The notes under the pieces are model-generated. The model was not told the origin of the DNA. It saw nothing but the letters and a program-made list of their open reading frames with translations, and did not search any database. A stretch of DNA of 63,134 bases, counting the filler, from Gemmatimonadota bacterium (GTDB lineage: Bacteria > 4572-55 > J002): assembly GCA_003697105.1 (NCBI GenBank). It is 5 parts of 5 records of this genome, joined end to end, with 100 filler letters (N's around TTAATTAATTAA, not from the genome) between each part and the next. Parts side by side here need not be neighbours in the genome. Positions count along the whole stretch, not along the records: positions 1 to 16,203 come from RFFQ01000028.1; positions 16,304 to 34,947 come from RFFQ01000029.1; 3 more parts are not named here. The stretch is one strand, 5' to 3'. Position 1 is the stretch's first letter. Each line of letters opens with the position of its first letter. Shown here one piece after another: positions 10,243-19,180 of the stretch. Position numbers and translations under genes: made by a program.

Positions 10243-12219
10243 ATGATTAACCTTGTTTGGCTTGTGCCGTTGTTTCCCCTGATAGGTGTCTTCATTAATG
10301 GCTTTTGGGGACGGAAGTTACCACGCTCCGTGATTGGGGGATTGGCAAGTGCGATGGTGGGGTTGTCGTTTATTGTTGCCGTTTTGATTTTCTTTGATTT
10401 ATTACGGCAGATTCAGGCGGATCACCATCACTTTTACCATGAAGTTCATCTATTTACGTGGATTTCGGCAGGTGCTTTTGAGGCGAATATTGCCTTTCTG
10501 GTTGATCCCCTTTCCACGTTAATGATGCTGGTGGTCACGGGTGTTGGCTTCCTTATTCACGTGTACTCGATTGGGTATATGGATGATGAACCCAGTTTAG
10601 CCCGATATTTTACCTATCTCAATTTATTCACTTTCGCGATGTTGCTCTTGGTTTTGGGCAACAATTTCCTGCTCATGTTCGTCGGGTGGGAAGGTGTCGG
10701 GTTGTGCTCATATCTCCTTATTGGATTTTGGTTTGAAAAACAGAGCGCGAGTGACGCCGGTAAAAAAGCGTTTATTGTCAACCGGATCGGTGACTTTGCT
10801 TTTATTCTGGGTGTGATGCTCACCTTTTCAACCTTTGTCAATCTCGGTGACTTTGAAGGGAATGCCCTCAATTTTTATGATCTGTTTCAGTATGTGATTG
10901 AGCATCCTACCGCAATTCCAACTTGGACATTTAGTTTGATCTGTTTGTTGCTCTTTTTAGGAGCAACTGGAAAGTCGGCGCAGATACCTCTCTATGTATG
11001 GTTGCCGGATGCAATGGAGGGCCCCACACCGGTGAGTGCCCTCATTCATGCCGCCACAATGGTAACTGCCGGAATTTACATGGTAGCACGATGCCATGTG
11101 TTCTTCCTCAACGCACCCGATGTGTTGGCAGTGGTGGCAGTCATTGGGGTGGTCACCGCTATTTTTTCCGCTACGATTGCCCTTGTTCAAACCGATATTA
11201 AAAAAGTACTCGCGTATTCTACTGTTTCCCAGTTGGGTTACATGTTTTTAGGATGTGGTGTCGGTGCTTTTACGGCGGGTATCTTCCATGTGATGACCCA
11301 TGCCTTTTTCAAGGCGCTTCTGTTTATGGGCGCCGGAAGTGTGATCCATGCGCTACACCATGAACAGGATATCCGTAACATGGGCGGCTTGAAAGATTAC
11401 ATGCCGAAAACACGTTGGACATTTTTGATCGCCACGATTGCTATCGCGGGTATCCCACCACTTTCTGGCTTTTTCAGCAAAGATGAAATCCTGTGGTATG
11501 CGTTTAGTAGTGAATTTGGGCATTGGGGGTTATGGCTTATCGGGGCAATTGCCGCATTTATGACCTCTTTTTATATGTTTCGGCTCTATTTCCTCACGTT
11601 TCATGGGGAGTGCCGCGTGGATCATCATACCAAAGCCCATCTCCATGAATCCCCATCCGTAATGACCGTCCCCCTGATAATTTTAGCCTTTTTGGCGGCG
11701 GTAGGTGGTTTTGTGGGCATCCCCCACGTTTTTCATGTACCCAATTTGTTGCATGACTTCTTACATCCGGTTTTTGCCGAAGGTACCGAGCGGTTTATGC
11801 ATGAATCACACGGTGCGGCTTCAACCGAATTTTTGCTGATGGCAATCTCTGTGTTAATCGCGTTGGCGGGACTTTTTTTAGCCTGGAATTTCTACCTGAA
11901 AAACCCGAAATGGAAAGAAAAATACGAATCTGCACTCGATGGGCTTTATACCGTTGCTTACCGGACTCTCTGGAATAAATATTATGTTGATGAATTGTAC
12001 GATCTGGTGGTCGTCAAGCCGGTTCGCTGGACTTCAGAACGCGTGTTGTGGAAGTTTGGTGATGGTGTGGTTATTGAAGGCATTGTGAACGGCGTTGCAA
12101 AGGTTACTGTCTTCACGGGTCAGATGTTTCGTTTGGCACAAACCGGATACATTCAAAATTATGCGGTTTCCATTGTAATTGGATTAATCATTGTTTTTAG
12201 TTACTTTATGCTGAAATAG
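10243..12219 (+). CDS. nuoL: NADH-quinone oxidoreductase subunit L
   Basis: GWEGVGLCSYLLIGFW, GKSAQIPLYVWLPDAMEGPTPVSALIHAATMVTAG, HAFFKALLF. Confidence 0.97.
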   Translation: MINLVWLVPLFPLIGVFINGFWGRKLPRSVIGGLASAMVGLSFIVAVLIFFDLLRQIQADHHHFYHEVHLFTWISAGAFEANIAFLVDPLSTLMMLVVTGVGFLIHVYSIGYMDDEPSLARYFTYLNLFTFAMLLLVLGNNFLLMFVGWEGVGLCSYLLIGFWFEKQSASDAGKKAFIVNRIGDFAFILGVMLTFSTFVNLGDFEGNALNFYDLFQYVIEHPTAIPTWTFSLICLLLFLGATGKSAQIPLYVWLPDAMEGPTPVSALIHAATMVTAGIYMVARCHVFFLNAPDVLAVVAVIGVVTAIFSATIALVQTDIKKVLAYSTVSQLGYMFLGCGVGAFTAGIFHVMTHAFFKALLFMGAGSVIHALHHEQDIRNMGGLKDYMPKTRWTFLIATIAIAGIPPLSGFFSKDEILWYAFSSEFGHWGLWLIGAIAAFMTSFYMFRLYFLTFHGECRVDHHTKAHLHESPSVMTVPLIILAFLAAVGGFVGIPHVFHVPNLLHDFLHPVFAEGTERFMHESHGAASTEFLLMAISVLIALAGLFLAWNFYLKNPKWKEKYESALDGLYTVAYRTLWNKYYVDELYDLVVVKPVRWTSERVLWKFGDGVVIEGIVNGVAKVTVFTGQMFRLAQTGYIQNYAVSIVIGLIIVFSYFMLK

Positions 12220-12225
12220 GCACAT

Positions 12226-13737
12226 ATGACTGGCTTACCGATCCTTACCATCATTACGTTTTTGCCACTTGTAGGGGCGTTGTTTCTTCTCATTTTGCCC
12301 TCTCATAAAGGGGATTTACTGCGGCAAGCGGCGCTTACCTTCGCAACCTTGACATTCCTGATTTCATTATCCCTCTTTTTTGGGTATGATGCCACAAATA
12401 CAGACATGCAATTCCGGGAATTTATCCCGTGGATTACTGCATTTGGTATCAATTATCATTTGGGGATTGATGGTATCAGTTTATTGCTGATCCTATTGAC
12501 TACCGTTACGATGCCCGTTGCGATTTTGTCCTCTTGGACGGCTATCACCGAGCGGATTAAAGCATACATGTTTGTGTTGCTATTGCTGGAAACCGCTATG
12601 ATTGGTGTGTTTGTTTCACTTGACCTGGTCTTGTTCTACTTTTTTTGGGAAGCCATGCTGATCCCGATGGCATTTTTAATCGGGATTTGGGGTGGTGAGA
12701 ATAAGATTTATGCCGCGTATAAATTCTTTTTATACACCATGGCGGGTTCCGTACTCATGCTCGTGGCGATCATCGCAATGGTTTATTATGGTTATACCCA
12801 ACTCGGCAAGGTCACGTTTGATGTTTTAGAACTGTATGCGCTGGATATTCCGGTCAATTGGCAACGGTGGTTGTTTTTAGGATTTTTCTTTGCGTTTGCG
12901 ATTAAAGTACCGATGTTCCCGTTCCATACGTGGCTCCCGGATGCCCACGTTCAGGCACCAACGGCTGGAAGTGTCATCCTAGCCGGTATCATGTTGAAAA
13001 TGGGGACTTACGGTTTTCTCCGTTTTAGTTTAGGTTTCTTTCCCGATGCGGCGGTTTCCGCCATTCCTTACATTGCGACCCTTTCCATTATCGGTATTAT
13101 CTATGGGGCACTGGTGGCAATGGTTCAGCCGGATTTGAAAAAATTGGTGGCGTATTCCAGTGTCAGCCATTTGGGTTTTGTCATGTTGGGGATGTTTGCT
13201 TTGAATGTCCAGGGAATCTCCGGCAGTGTAATGCAAATGCTCAATCATGGGGTGAGTACCGGGGCGTTGTTCCTGTTGGTGGGAATCATCTACGAACGCC
13301 GACATACCCGGATGATAAGTGAATTTGGGGGATTAACTAAACAAATTCCTATTTTTGCCGTGATTTTTATGATTGTTACCTTGTCATCTATTGGGTTACC
13401 CGGCTTAAACGGTTTCGTAGGGGAATTCTTGATTCTGGTTGGTGTTTTTCAAGAACATGCGGGATATGCCGCTTTTGCAGCCTCCGGGGTAATTTTATCG
13501 GCGGTGTATATGCTGTGGATGTTCCAACGGGTGATGTTTGGTAAGTTAGAGAACCCAGCCAATAAGCTTTTAAAAGATATAAATTTTAGGGAAATTATCG
13601 TCCTGACCCCTTTTATTATTTTGATTTTCTGGATGGGCATTTACCCCAAAACCTTTTTAGATAAAATGGAACCCTCCGTACAGAAAATAGTGGAACGGGT
13701 GGAGAGTCGAGTAGATTATTGGAGCCAAGCAAAATGA
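12226..13737 (+). CDS. nuoM: NADH-quinone oxidoreductase subunit M
   Basis: FFWEAMLIP, KVPMFPFHTWLPDAHVQAPT, LKMGTYG, AYSSVSHLG. Confidence 0.97.
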   Translation: MTGLPILTIITFLPLVGALFLLILPSHKGDLLRQAALTFATLTFLISLSLFFGYDATNTDMQFREFIPWITAFGINYHLGIDGISLLLILLTTVTMPVAILSSWTAITERIKAYMFVLLLLETAMIGVFVSLDLVLFYFFWEAMLIPMAFLIGIWGGENKIYAAYKFFLYTMAGSVLMLVAIIAMVYYGYTQLGKVTFDVLELYALDIPVNWQRWLFLGFFFAFAIKVPMFPFHTWLPDAHVQAPTAGSVILAGIMLKMGTYGFLRFSLGFFPDAAVSAIPYIATLSIIGIIYGALVAMVQPDLKKLVAYSSVSHLGFVMLGMFALNVQGISGSVMQMLNHGVSTGALFLLVGIIYERRHTRMISEFGGLTKQIPIFAVIFMIVTLSSIGLPGLNGFVGEFLILVGVFQEHAGYAAFAASGVILSAVYMLWMFQRVMFGKLENPANKLLKDINFREIIVLTPFIILIFWMGIYPKTFLDKMEPSVQKIVERVESRVDYWSQAK

Positions 13738-14528
13738 TTCGAGTCAGTGTAATTGTCGGATTGATATGGGCGATGGTTATGCCGGTGAGTGCCAAAATCG
13801 TGACAAAAGTGGTGGAATATCAACATGATGACCAGACCATGGAAGGTTTTTTAGCATATGATGATGCCATAGAAGGAAAACGTCCCGGCGTACTGATATG
13901 CCATCAGTGGAAAGGTCTGGGGGATTATGAACGAATGCGGGCAAAAATGTTGGCAGAAATGGGCTATGTGGCGTTTGCGGCGGATGTCTATGGGCAGGGT
14001 GTTCGCCCTTCCACCAATGAAGACGCCGGAAAAACCGCCTCCCAGTTTTACCAAAATCGACAATTATTGCGTGACCGCGCCAATCTGGGTTTGGAACAAC
14101 TTCGTCAAAATGAAAGGGTTGACCCGCAACAACTAGCGGCAATTGGGTACTGCTTTGGCGGTACAACGGTGTTAGAACTGGCGCGTAGTGGCGCTGAACT
14201 GAAAGGTGTGGTAAGCTTTCATGGTGGATTGTCAACGCCCCATCCAGAAGATGCAAAACAGATTCGGGCAAAAGTGCTGGTTCTCCACGGTGCAGATGAT
14301 CCCTATGTGCCTATGGAAGATGTCATCGCCTTTCAAAATGAAATGAAAGCGGCACATGTGGATTGGCAATTTATCGCGTATGGTGGTGCGGTGCATGCCT
14401 TCACAGATAAAAATGCCGGTGATGACCCCTCTCGAGGCGCCGCGTATAATAAAAAAGCAGACTTGCGATCATGGGAAGCCATGAAAATCTTTTTTAATGA
14501 AATTTTTAACAGCGAATCGCTAAAATAA
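13734..14528 (+). CDS. Dienelactone hydrolase family protein with probable Sec signal peptide
   Basis: GYCFGG nucleophile elbow, HGADD, HAF triad; N-terminus MIRVSVIVGLIWAMVMPVSA; ATGA overlap with the nuoM stop. Confidence 0.9.
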   Translation: MIRVSVIVGLIWAMVMPVSAKIVTKVVEYQHDDQTMEGFLAYDDAIEGKRPGVLICHQWKGLGDYERMRAKMLAEMGYVAFAADVYGQGVRPSTNEDAGKTASQFYQNRQLLRDRANLGLEQLRQNERVDPQQLAAIGYCFGGTTVLELARSGAELKGVVSFHGGLSTPHPEDAKQIRAKVLVLHGADDPYVPMEDVIAFQNEMKAAHVDWQFIAYGGAVHAFTDKNAGDDPSRGAAYNKKADLRSWEAMKIFFNEIFNSESLK

Positions 14529-14561
14529 TATCTTTGAAGCATTTCGACTATCGGAACGATA

Positions 14562-16004
14562 ATGGACAATACAGTATTTACGCTTCTTCCGTTGATGATT
14601 CTGGTTGGATTTAGCCTACTGGTGCTGGTTGCGGACATGATGTTGGCACGCGAACAGCGCCCTGCATTAGGTATTGTGGCGCTTATCGGGGTGATTGTAT
14701 CACTGATATCGTGTAGTTGGTTGTGGAACGCACCTCAAACGGCGTGGAGTGATATGATTGTCTCGGATCATTTTGCGCTGTTTTCTTATATCATTTTTTT
14801 AGTCTCTACCGGGTTAACGCTCTTGCTTTCTATGCGGTATCTCAGTGAGGAAGATATTCAATTTGGGGAGTACTATGCCTTGTTGCTTCTGGCAGCGACC
14901 GGCGCAATGCTGATGGCAAGTGGGTTGGACTTGATGACAATCTTCATCGGATTGGAAATTCTCTCAATTTCGGTCTATATCCTTGCCGGGTTTGCCCGCC
15001 GGAATGAGCGATCCCTGGAATCTGCTTTAAAGTATTTTTTACTCGGTGCCTTCGCCACCGGGTTTTTCCTATATGGCATTGCGATGGTGTATGGCGCTAC
15101 CGGTACAACAAACATCAAAGTTATCTCTCAGGTTGTATCTGAAGGAACCATTCGCTCCCAAAGTTTTCTCTGGATCGGGATCGCGCTTTTAGTGGCGGGC
15201 TTTGGATTTAAAGTGGCGTTGTTCCCTTTCCATGTGTGGACGCCCGATGTATATGAAGGCGCGCCCACTTCTGTGACCGCTTTTATGTCCACAGCGGTCA
15301 AAGCCGCCGGCTTTGCGGCATTCGGACGGGTGTTCCTCTCCGCGCTGCAACCAATGCATGCCGATTGGACTGGGATTCTTTGGATTTTAGCCGTTTTTAC
15401 CATGTTTTTTGGGAACATTACCGCCATTGCGCAACGCAGTGTCAAGCGCATGCTGGCTTATTCTAGTATTGCCCACGCAGGATATATGTTGATTGCGATT
15501 ATTGCCGGTGATGCTAATCTGAGTTCCGGGAGTTTATTATTTTATCTGTTGGGATATGCCTTTACCAATGTCGCCGCGTTTGGAATTGTTATTTATCTCA
15601 GCCGTAAAGGTGAAACCGAGTTTGATGGAAAAGATTATGCCGGTTTGGCAATCCGCCATCCATGGTTGGCATTTGTGATGGCGGTCTGTATGGTTTCTTT
15701 GGCGGGTATTCCTCCGACGGCAGGTTTTATGGGTAAATTCTATATCTTTTCCGCTGCCATCAAGGCTAAGTTTTACTGGCTCGCCGTCTTAGGGGTGATA
15801 AACAGCGTGATTTCTGTTTATTACTATTTGCGAGTCATCTTTGTGATGTATTTTGAAAAGCCCGCCGCTGATTACGTGCATGGAACACTATCTTTAGGAA
15901 TGAAAATTGTCCTGATTCTCTCTGTTATTGGTATTTTTCAACTGGGCACCGTTCCCGGTTCTGTAATGGCTTTACTACAAAATTCAATGATGGTGTTCCA
16001 ATAA
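14562..16004 (+). CDS. nuoN: NADH-quinone oxidoreductase subunit N
   Basis: ESALKYFLLG, FKVALFPFHVWTPDVYEGAPT, KRMLAYSSIAHAGY, SLAGIPPTAGF.GK. Confidence 0.97.
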   Translation: MDNTVFTLLPLMILVGFSLLVLVADMMLAREQRPALGIVALIGVIVSLISCSWLWNAPQTAWSDMIVSDHFALFSYIIFLVSTGLTLLLSMRYLSEEDIQFGEYYALLLLAATGAMLMASGLDLMTIFIGLEILSISVYILAGFARRNERSLESALKYFLLGAFATGFFLYGIAMVYGATGTTNIKVISQVVSEGTIRSQSFLWIGIALLVAGFGFKVALFPFHVWTPDVYEGAPTSVTAFMSTAVKAAGFAAFGRVFLSALQPMHADWTGILWILAVFTMFFGNITAIAQRSVKRMLAYSSIAHAGYMLIAIIAGDANLSSGSLLFYLLGYAFTNVAAFGIVIYLSRKGETEFDGKDYAGLAIRHPWLAFVMAVCMVSLAGIPPTAGFMGKFYIFSAAIKAKFYWLAVLGVINSVISVYYYLRVIFVMYFEKPAADYVHGTLSLGMKIVLILSVIGIFQLGTVPGSVMALLQNSMMVFQ

Positions 16005-16029
16005 ATCTCGATCCGCACTGCATTTATAT

Positions 16030-16070
16030 AAAAAAGCACCGGTTGTAAATATAACTGCCGGTGCTTTTTT
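16030..16070 (+). terminator. Intrinsic terminator of the nuo operon
   Basis: AAAAAAGCACCGG...CCGGTGCTTTTTT inverted repeat 25 nt after the nuoN stop. Confidence 0.85.
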
Positions 16071-16203
16071 GTTTGATGAGCAGAAGCAGGCATCTCTAAG
16101 TGCTTATCTGACTTTCCGTACCCCTGTTTTTAGAAATTGTATTTTTCGGAATGTGAGTTATCTTATCATTTCACCGTTTTGGAGGGAAATGAAATGGATA
16201 CCC

Positions 16204-16303
16204 NNNNNNNNNNNNNNNNNNNNNNNNNNNNNNNNNNNNNNNNNNNNTTAATTAATTAANNNNNNNNNNNNNNNNNNNNNNNNNNNNNNNNNNNNNNNNN
16301 NNN
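16204..16303. other. Artificial contig-join spacer
   Basis: 100-nt N run with central TTAATTAATTAA (stop codons in all six frames). Confidence 0.95.
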
Positions 16304-16337
16304 CGCACAGCGCTTGCCGCTCCTTCCGAAAATATAA

Positions 16338-16366
16338 TTGACAATCCTCTTGAATTCTACTAACAT
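16338..16366 (+). promoter_or_regulatory. Putative sigma70 promoter of the M14 peptidase gene
   Basis: TTGACA-N17-TAACAT. Confidence 0.65.
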
Positions 16367-16426
16367 AAACGATTCCCACAGGCGATGAAACCCCCTGTTT
16401 CCATCACGTTTTTGTGGAGGTTATCC

Positions 16427-19090
16427 ATGTTTAAAAAATGGGTTTTAGTTGTGCTGTTCATGTTCTTTCCTGCGCTGGGGAACGCCGTGGAAGAAATGTA
16501 TATTCAGTTTGAGATCGAGTCGGTGAGTGAGTTAGAAGCACTTACCCGTGTGATTGCCATCGATCAGGTTATCGATGGCAGTACGGTCATCGCCAATGTG
16601 ATTCCTTCGGAACTGGTGCATTTACGCGCACTGGGCTATACGGATTATACCATCCTACCTAACTACGGCAAGCCCGTCATCCCGCCTCGCATGTCCGCTA
16701 CTTTGCGAGAATGGGATAGCTACCCGACCTACGATGCCTATCTGGAGATGATGCAACAATTTGCCATCGATTATCCGGAACTGTGCCTGCTGGATACCCT
16801 CGGGTACAGCACCCAAGGACGCCAGCTTTTGGCAGTCAAAATCACTGATAATATTCACACGGAAGAAGATGAACCAGAATTTTTTTATACCAGTACCATG
16901 CATGGGGATGAAACCACCGGGTATGTCCTCATGTTGCGTTTTATTGATTATTTGCTCACCCATTACGGTGAAGATGAGCGGGTGACGCATCTGGTTGATA
17001 ATGTGGAAATTTGGATCAATCCACTTGCTAACCCAGATGGTGCCTATTATGCGGGTAATGATAACATTTTTGGAGCGATCCGGCGGAATGCAAACGGCGT
17101 TGACCTCAACCGCAACTTTCCCGATCCCGATGATGGACCCCACCCCGACGGGCGCGAATGGCAACCCGAAAACCTAGCCATGATGGCGTTTGCCGCCCGT
17201 CAGAACATCACCATGAGTGCTAATTTTCATGGTGGAGCAGAAGTTGTCAACTATCCGTGGGATACCTATTCGTGGGAATCTGCCGATGATGACTGGTGGC
17301 AATTGGTTTGCCATGAATATGCCGATGCGGCACAAGAAAACAGCCCGCCCGGTTATATGGATGGTTTCGATGACGGTATTGTCCGCGGCTACGTCTGGTA
17401 TCCGATTGCCGGTGGACGGCAGGATTATATGATCTACTACCACGGTGGGCGAGAATGCACCATCGAACTTTCCAACATCAAGTTGCTGCCGGAAAATCAG
17501 TTAGACGCCCACTGGGAGTATAATCAGGAATCCTTTCTGCTCTATCTGGAACAGGTTCTGTACGGCATCCGCGGCATCGTCACGAATCCGGCGGGTGAAC
17601 CGGTAGCCGCCACGGTGACGGTTCTAAATCATGATGAGGATAGCGTTTGGGTCTATACAGACCCCGATGTCGGTGATTATCACCGGGTGATCCATGCCGG
17701 GACCTATGATGTTCAATTTACCGCGGAGGGGTATCTCCCCTATCTTGTTGAAGATGTTGAAATTAACGATTACGAAACGGTACGGATTGATGTGGTGATG
17801 CAACCGATCCCTCGCTATACCCTTCGTGGTACGGTGGTGGATGGGGAAACCGACCAACCACTTGCCGGCGTGGAGGTTTTTATCCTAGAACTTCCAGAGA
17901 ATCAGACGATCACCGGTGAAAATGGAGTGTTCCAATTTGACGATCTGATGTCCGGTGATTATACGCTGCGGCTCTATGCAGAACAGTACGCCTCTGTTAC
18001 CCAACAGGTAACCCTAGAGGAGGATATCGACCTCGATATCGCGCTCTACCCCAGTTTTACCGAGAGTTTTGAGGGGGGTGAATTTCCGCCAGAATGGGAG
18101 TTTCATGGCAATGCTCCGTGGGAGATCGACAACATCGCGGCAGATGGGTCTTTCTCTGCACGTTCCGGGCGGATTTCCAGCTACCAGCGCTCCCAAATGT
18201 GGATCACGCTCGATATAAATCACCCCGGTGAAATTGTATTTCAGTATAAAACTTCTACTGAGATCGGGGATAAACTTGAATTTTATATTGATAATGTCCG
18301 GCAAGGCTCCTGGTCTGGTGAAATCGACTGGACAGAAGCCCGGTTTCCTGTTTCCACGGGGTCGCATATCTTCAAGTGGTCTTACCAAAAGAACGCCAGC
18401 GGTAGTGGCGGGGAAGATGCCGTCTGGGTGGATGTGATCATCTTTCCGCCCACACCCACCGGCGGAGATGCGCCGGAGATCACCCTTTCACCCGCTGAAT
18501 TTGATCTGACGTTGCCCCCGAACTTCGTCGGGCAAGGGCATCTGGATGTGTTCAATACGGGTAGCCGTGACTTACAGGTTCGGGCGGAATTACCGGAAGT
18601 GGATTGGCTCAACCTAGACCCGGTATCGGGTACGGTTCGCCCGGACGAAATGCTCCGGCTCCATCTCAATTTTAATTTGATCGGGATCGATTTGGGTACG
18701 GAGTTGAACACCACGATTACCCTCTACAGTAATGATCCGGACACACCGGAAATCCATGTTCCGGTGAACGTCCTCGTGGATGAATTCACGGCGGCGACCT
18801 ATCCGGCGGCGATCCATCTACCGGCAACATCCGAATTGGGGCGAAATTATCCCAACCCGTTTAACCCTCAAACGGTAATCCCGTATGCGATTGCCCATGC
18901 TGGGCAGGTCACCCTCATGATTTATGATCTGCACGGGCATTTGGTTCAGGTACTGGTGGATGCCGTCCAACCTGCCGGATACTACACCGTGATGTGGGAT
19001 GCCTCCGCCAGGGTGTCCGGGCTGTATATTTGCCGGTTGGAAGTCGATAACCTGCCGGTCGATACAACCTCATTACTCTTGTTAAAATAA
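16427..19090 (+). CDS. Secreted M14 zinc carboxypeptidase with carboxypeptidase-regulatory-like repeats and a T9SS-type/FlgD-Ig C-terminal domain
   Basis: Signal peptide after GGAGG RBS; HGDE, NPDG, DLNRNFP, ANFHGG, TIELS motifs; C-terminal NYPNPFNP...GLYICRL. Confidence 0.9.
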   Translation: MFKKWVLVVLFMFFPALGNAVEEMYIQFEIESVSELEALTRVIAIDQVIDGSTVIANVIPSELVHLRALGYTDYTILPNYGKPVIPPRMSATLREWDSYPTYDAYLEMMQQFAIDYPELCLLDTLGYSTQGRQLLAVKITDNIHTEEDEPEFFYTSTMHGDETTGYVLMLRFIDYLLTHYGEDERVTHLVDNVEIWINPLANPDGAYYAGNDNIFGAIRRNANGVDLNRNFPDPDDGPHPDGREWQPENLAMMAFAARQNITMSANFHGGAEVVNYPWDTYSWESADDDWWQLVCHEYADAAQENSPPGYMDGFDDGIVRGYVWYPIAGGRQDYMIYYHGGRECTIELSNIKLLPENQLDAHWEYNQESFLLYLEQVLYGIRGIVTNPAGEPVAATVTVLNHDEDSVWVYTDPDVGDYHRVIHAGTYDVQFTAEGYLPYLVEDVEINDYETVRIDVVMQPIPRYTLRGTVVDGETDQPLAGVEVFILELPENQTITGENGVFQFDDLMSGDYTLRLYAEQYASVTQQVTLEEDIDLDIALYPSFTESFEGGEFPPEWEFHGNAPWEIDNIAADGSFSARSGRISSYQRSQMWITLDINHPGEIVFQYKTSTEIGDKLEFYIDNVRQGSWSGEIDWTEARFPVSTGSHIFKWSYQKNASGSGGEDAVWVDVIIFPPTPTGGDAPEITLSPAEFDLTLPPNFVGQGHLDVFNTGSRDLQVRAELPEVDWLNLDPVSGTVRPDEMLRLHLNFNLIGIDLGTELNTTITLYSNDPDTPEIHVPVNVLVDEFTAATYPAAIHLPATSELGRNYPNPFNPQTVIPYAIAHAGQVTLMIYDLHGHLVQVLVDAVQPAGYYTVMWDASARVSGLYICRLEVDNLPVDTTSLLLLK

Positions 19091-19103
19091 TCAGCGGAAT
19101 TAA

Positions 19104-19137
19104 AAACGTGCCGAATCTGTAAAGATTTGGCACGTTT
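19104..19137. repeat. 15-bp inverted repeat hairpin (terminator or REP-like)
   Basis: AAACGTGCCGAATCT-GTAA-AGATTTGGCACGTTT between the peptidase gene and rel. Confidence 0.6.
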
Positions 19138-19180
19138 GGTTCAGAATAACCACCGTTCGGGTAATTCGAGCCGCTAACAC

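Noticed and set aside
16069-16251. Short ORFs running into N spacers (also 43088-43471, 43174-43467)
   Set aside because: Their stops come from the artificial linker or they are antisense to a real gene.
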